NCBI GenBank assembly: GCA_950097015.1
Contig: CATNEN010000038.1
Location: 30,814,001-30,878,000, forward strand
Direction of reading: 5' to 3'
Origin: Macrostomum hystrix
Taxonomy: Eukaryota; Animalia; Platyhelminthes
Length of the DNA: 64,000 bases
Of this stretch, positions 59,536 through 64,000 are shown in pieces. The notes under the pieces were generated by a model. It searched no databases. It saw nothing but the letters and a program-made list of their open reading frames with translations, and had not been told where the DNA came from. A program made the translations under genes and the position numbers. The stretch's first letter is position 1; every line of letters starts with the position of its first letter.

Positions 59536-62500
59536 ATGTCAGGAGCTCCGGGTTCCAGTACGGCTGGTGTCGACGCTTCAACCAGCACCGTCGGCACAAC
59601 AGCAAGCAGCAACCTGTGCGATCAGACAGAATGGAGAATCATTGTAGGCGCGTCGCTGGGCGCCTACTTCGCCCTGCTGATTGTCATCGCTCTGGCCAGG
59701 TTTGCCTGCGCCCCGGTTACCCACACCAAGGAGGACGAAGAAAATCAGAGGCAGAGATTGTTAAAAAACTCCCACAAAGGAGCATTGTCAACTAAGCTGC
59801 ACCTGCAGTGCATGGGTCTGATGAAGGGAGCGAACATTTTTGGCAGGATAATGGTGAGACATGACATGACCCAGTGAGAGATGAGACCGTGAAGAGATTA
59901 GACAGCGGAGAGATAAAACAGAGGAGAGATTGGACACGGGAGAGATGAGAAACGGGAGCGACGAAACAGGAGAGAGATGAGACAGAGGAGAGATGAGATT
60001 GGGGAGAGATTTGACACGGGAGAAATGAAAAACGGTAGACACGGCAGAGATGAGACACGGGAGAGATTAGACATGGGAGAGATTAGACACGGGAGAGATT
60101 AGACAGGGGAGAGACAAAACAGGAGACAGATTAGACAGGGGAGAGATGAGATACAGGAGAGATTGGACACGGGAGAGACGAAACAGGAGAGAGATGAGAC
60201 AGGGAGAGATGAGATACGGCATACGGGAGAGATGAGACACGGGAGAGATGAGACACGGGAGAGATGAGACAGGTTAAAGATCAGACAGCCTAGAAACAAG
60301 ATGCTCATAGTTTTCAGACTGAGTAGACAGCACAATGATCCCCATATGTTCTGTTTCTGCAGCTCATAATTTACTCATTCTGCGTGGTGACCTCCTTTGT
60401 GCTCTACGTTCGCCTGACCTACTACTTCTTCGACCATGAAGCATCGGCGAGTCGAAGAACCCTGCTGAATTGTTTCACAGCAAAAATGATGCCTATTGTA
60501 CACGCAGATTTTGGAATTAACATTTTCTATGCGCTGGTGTTCATTGTGCGGGTGAGAGACCGTCTGTTCTTACTATATAATTTTTAAAGTACAAAATGAA
60601 TAGTTCGGAATGAATTAAAAACTTTCAGATTTTAGCGTCAAACTCGTTGCTAAGCTTCTGGCTCAGCATGGACACGATGGCAGACCATGTGACCCTGATT
60701 CCATCACTAATCATGTACATCATGAATAAGCACATTATTGGTGAGTTTAAGAAAAGTTCTAAAAACATTAAATATACGGACAATGTTTCTAAGAAAGCTG
60801 CACTTTTGTTTTTAGCATTCCAATATGCCAGACTTGTAGGACTGAGGTTCCTTGTTAACACACTGATTTACTGCAACATTGTCCGCGGCGAAAAGTACAT
60901 TAGACTGCTCAATCTGCTCATCCAAATCATCTCAGTTTGGCTTATAAGCGCCGGCTTCTTTCAGCTGGTGAGAGCAACTAAAATTTAGTAAGGATTCGGG
61001 TAGGCTTCGCGTAGGATTCAGGTAGGATTCTATTTGGATTCAATTAGGAAATTCAGGAAGGATTGTAGTAGAATTAAGGCAGGATTCAGGTAGGATTCAG
61101 ATAGGATTCAGGTAGGATTCAGGTAAAATTCAGGTAGATTCAGAAAAAATTCATGTAGGATTCAGGTGGGATTCAGTTAGGATTAAGTTAGGATTCAGTT
61201 AGGATTCAGGTAGATTCAGGTAGGATTCAAGTCTAAGATTCAGGTAGGATTCAAGTCTAAGATTCAGGTAGGATTCAAGTCTAGGATTCAGGTAGAATTC
61301 AGGTAGGATTCAAGTCTAGGATTCAGGTAGAATTCAGGTAGGATTCAGGTAGATTCAGGTAGGATTCAAGTCTAGGATTCAGGTAGGATTCAAGTCTAGG
61401 ATTAGGGTAGGATTCAAGTCTAGGATTAGGGTTTTATTCAAGTAGGATTCAGGTAGAATTCAGGTAGGATTCAGGTAGATTGAGGTAGGATTCAGGTAGA
61501 ATTAAAAAATGATTCAAGTAGTGCTTTAATAAGGTATGTCATGTGTGGAGTATTTGTTAGGAAATTAATTCTTATTCTTTCCTCGCTCAGATTGAAGGTG
61601 TCGGCGACTTCTGGCTAGATGGTGGACTAACATCGGCGGGTTTTATTGCTTTTCACGACTGTTTTTATTACCTGCTCATCACTATGAGCACTGTTGGTTA
61701 TGGTGACTTCTCGCCTAGGACAGTTCTTGGAAAGTTCTTCATCATTGTCTTTGTTATTGTGGCCTTGGTAAGACAATTAATGAGACATTGCGACAAAGAA
61801 ATGTTTAATTACTGGATTAGATAAAATTTAAGAAAGAAAAATTATTAAAATTTGATCGCTCAGTTATTTCAAATATTTTTAATTTTAATTAAAAAACGGA
61901 TTTTGTTATATGTATATATATTTAATTTACAAATAATTATTTAAACTGATTTTAATTAAACAAAATTAAATCTATATTTACTTTTTAAGAGTTAAATAAA
62001 TAAATTTGTTTTACTATTGCTTTTTAGGGAATGTTTACTAGAATAATTCCGGAAATATCTGAGATTCTTACCGAGAGCAAAAAATATAAACGAAATCGAG
62101 TTCACCTAAAGCACGGAAAGTCGTAAGTTTCGTTTTAATTTTAGTTTTTTTTTGCGAGTCAATTGTGAGATATCTTATCGTATCCTATCTTGTTATCAAT
62201 CTAATCTACTTTGTCTATTCGCAGGCATGTCGTTGTGATTGGAAACTTCACTGTGTCCATGTTGAACACGTTTTTCAACGACTTCTATCACGAGGAAAGG
62301 TCGGCAAGGAATCGAGAATTTGTCGCTCTTCTAGGAGAGTGAGTGGCGAAAAATATTTTTGTCTTATTTTTATTGCTGTCATGAAATCCGAATTTAACTT
62401 TCTTAAACATTTGCAGGTGTCCTAGCTGTTATATACGTACACCAGTTAGATTTTACCGATTTTAATATTATGTGCTCTTAAAGGTAGAACGACCAAGCAT

Positions 62501-63279
62501 TTTCTTCTCCTAGAAAAAGACAAGAGGGATATTTTCAAATACCCACTGCCTACTTCCTAATAGACGAAAATCTTTGAAAATTTCGATGATGCCGATGTTC
62601 TGTCATTCTGGAAGAACTGTTCTGGATTTCTATAGCGATAGGTTGAATATTTTGAGAGACGCAGAAAAATTAGAAAACTTTTGATATTTGAAATGCCTCC
62701 CGTAGTCAACTGTTAACGGTTGCAGCCCTAGAGGCTAGAGCGTAGGACTCACGACTTAAAGGTCGGAAGTTCGATTCCCGAATCACACCGGAACATGTTG
62801 TGTCATTTAGTAATTGCGACACTTAACTCTACATTGCTTAATTTCACCCAGCTGTTAAATGGGTACCAGCATCAGCTGGGGTAATTGAGGGTGGGTGTGG
62901 CGTCCCCCCAGTCCATGGACTGAACAGCTGTTCGCAGTCTTCAGATGCGCCGCGCAATAGCTGTCAGCCGTACATCTGACCACAATGAAATTGCATCAAT
63001 TTTTAATTCTGCGTGCTTATGGGTTCATGTCCTTGTTCCACCTGAGAAAACCTGTGTAGAAATTTAACCAGAAACCAGTTCATAATTAGCTGCTAAACCA
63101 ACAATTGATTATCAAACAGAGACGAACCAAATCTGGAGTTGAAAGCGGTGATGAAAACTCGAGAACTGTACGTCACCTATCTCCAAGGCAATGTGATGTC
63201 GGTGAAGGATTTGCACAGAGCCGAAGTGAAGTACGCATCAGCTGTCATTATCATGTCTGACCTATTGGCGAAAGACCAA
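59536..63279 (+). CDS. Slo/BK-family (KCNMA1-like) potassium channel alpha subunit, S0-S6 plus start of RCK1; continues past the window
   Basis: Exons 59536-59853, 60363-60551, 60629-60740, 60816-60967, 61591-61767, 62028-62122, 62225-62338 and 63120-63279 splice in frame. Pore ITMSTVGYGDF, S6 IIPEI, RCK1 HVVVIG...FFNDFYHEER, PNLELK, YLQGNVM..KDLHRA; S0 helix present. Confidence 0.92.
59860..60272. repeat. Degenerate 16-bp minisatellite (AGAGATGAGACACGGG)n in the first coding intron of the Slo gene; reverse complement of the hAT-internal array
   Basis: Unit identity with 55365-56100. Confidence 0.88.
60990..61500. repeat. 11-13-bp minisatellite (AGGATTCAGGT)n in a Slo intron
   Basis: Tandem copies visible. 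Confidence 0.93.
62717..62985 (+). mobile_element. SINE family A copy in a Slo intron
   Basis: Collinear with 51611-51926. Confidence 0.85.
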
Positions 63280-63414
63280 GTAAGCGCATGATATTGTATG
63301 ATTACTATGTATTATTGGCAGGTGGGCTGTGGCCACAGTAGCATCATTTTTGAGACGCAGTTTAAACCCCTCGACGACCACTAAGAGCTGAGAAACAGTT
63401 CTTAGAAATGTTTA

Positions 63415-63740
63415 GGAGATGTTGTAGCCTTGTGGTTAGAGTGTCGGACTCACGACTTGAAGGTCGGGGGTTCGATTACTGACTCCACATGAACAATTTG
63501 TGTCCTTTAGCAAGACACTTAACGATCTGCATTGCTTCAGTTCACCCAGCTGTTAAATGGGTACCAGCATTAGCTGGGATAATTGAAGGTGGGTGTGGCG
63601 TCTCCCCAGTCCATGGACTGAACAGCCGTACGCAGCCTTCAGATGCGCCGCGCATTAGCTGCGGCTGCGCTCTCGGCTGCACATCTGGCCCAATCGGACA
63701 GGTGTAATCAATTATTAATTATTATCATTATATAATTATT
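63415..63740 (+). mobile_element. SINE family A, full-length copy in a Slo intron
   Basis: Collinear with 51611-51926; A/T-rich TAA-like tail. Confidence 0.88.
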
Positions 63741-63869
63741 AGGAGGAAAAATGCACAATGAAAATAGAAAAACTTCAAATCTTTGCACATTTCAAAACTT
63801 CAGAATATTGATAGTTTTTTAATTTAACATAATGCGAGAGTCTACAGAGTAGGTTAAGAATAGAAAAAT

Positions 63870-64000
63870 GGTAGTTTTCGTTGTCACCAGGGTTTTCGAC
63901 AAGAATCTTCGGCTGAATATCTCGACGATGCTGACGTCGGACGGCCTTGAAAGTTAGTTCATCGAAAGGCGAAAAAATTCGATTGAGATGGAGGACTTTC
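63870..64000 (-). repeat. Second copy of the unclassified interspersed repeat at 32885-33060 (runs off the window)
   Basis: Reverse-complement similarity; does not translate as the expected next Slo exon. Confidence 0.7.

Noticed and set aside
63891-64000. Next Slo exon after CACCAG
   Set aside because: No frame resembles the expected RCK1 continuation; the sequence matches the interspersed repeat at 32885-33060.

Overview
Eukaryotic animal genomic DNA: GT-AG spliced genes with GC-rich exons in AT-rich introns. The overall style suggests an invertebrate such as a Macrostomum-like flatworm, but that is inference only. Seven multi-exon genes could be reconstructed by hand: a multi-CUB-domain secreted/surface protein (-), Asteroid homolog ASTE1 (-), an OCRL/INPP5B-like ASH-RhoGAP protein (+), ATG8/GABARAPL2 (+), an MS4A/CD20-like tetraspan protein (-), a divergent ETS transcription factor (-), and the 5' part of a Slo/BK-type K+ channel (+). 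Mobile DNA includes an intact IS630-Tc1-mariner transposon (DD33E, ~150-bp TIRs), an internally deleted long-TIR mariner, two hAT-type MITEs, a 2.3-kb TG...CA solo-LTR-like insertion with a 4-bp TSD, and two tRNA-derived SINE families. About 18 kb (~29%) consists of more than 20 different 11-41-bp minisatellite or simple-repeat arrays, often one private array per intron. Most long ORFs in the supplied track are translations of these arrays. The most notable points are an OCRL-like protein with no recognisable 5-phosphatase motifs but an Arg at the RhoGAP arginine-finger position, a hAT MITE carrying a minisatellite that also occurs free in a nearby intron, a spliced uORF whose stop overlaps the ETS start codon (TAATG), and an unexplained decayed ORF followed by a hairpin-rich segment at 29.6-30.3 kb. 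No CRISPR array, rRNA or convincing tRNA gene was found.
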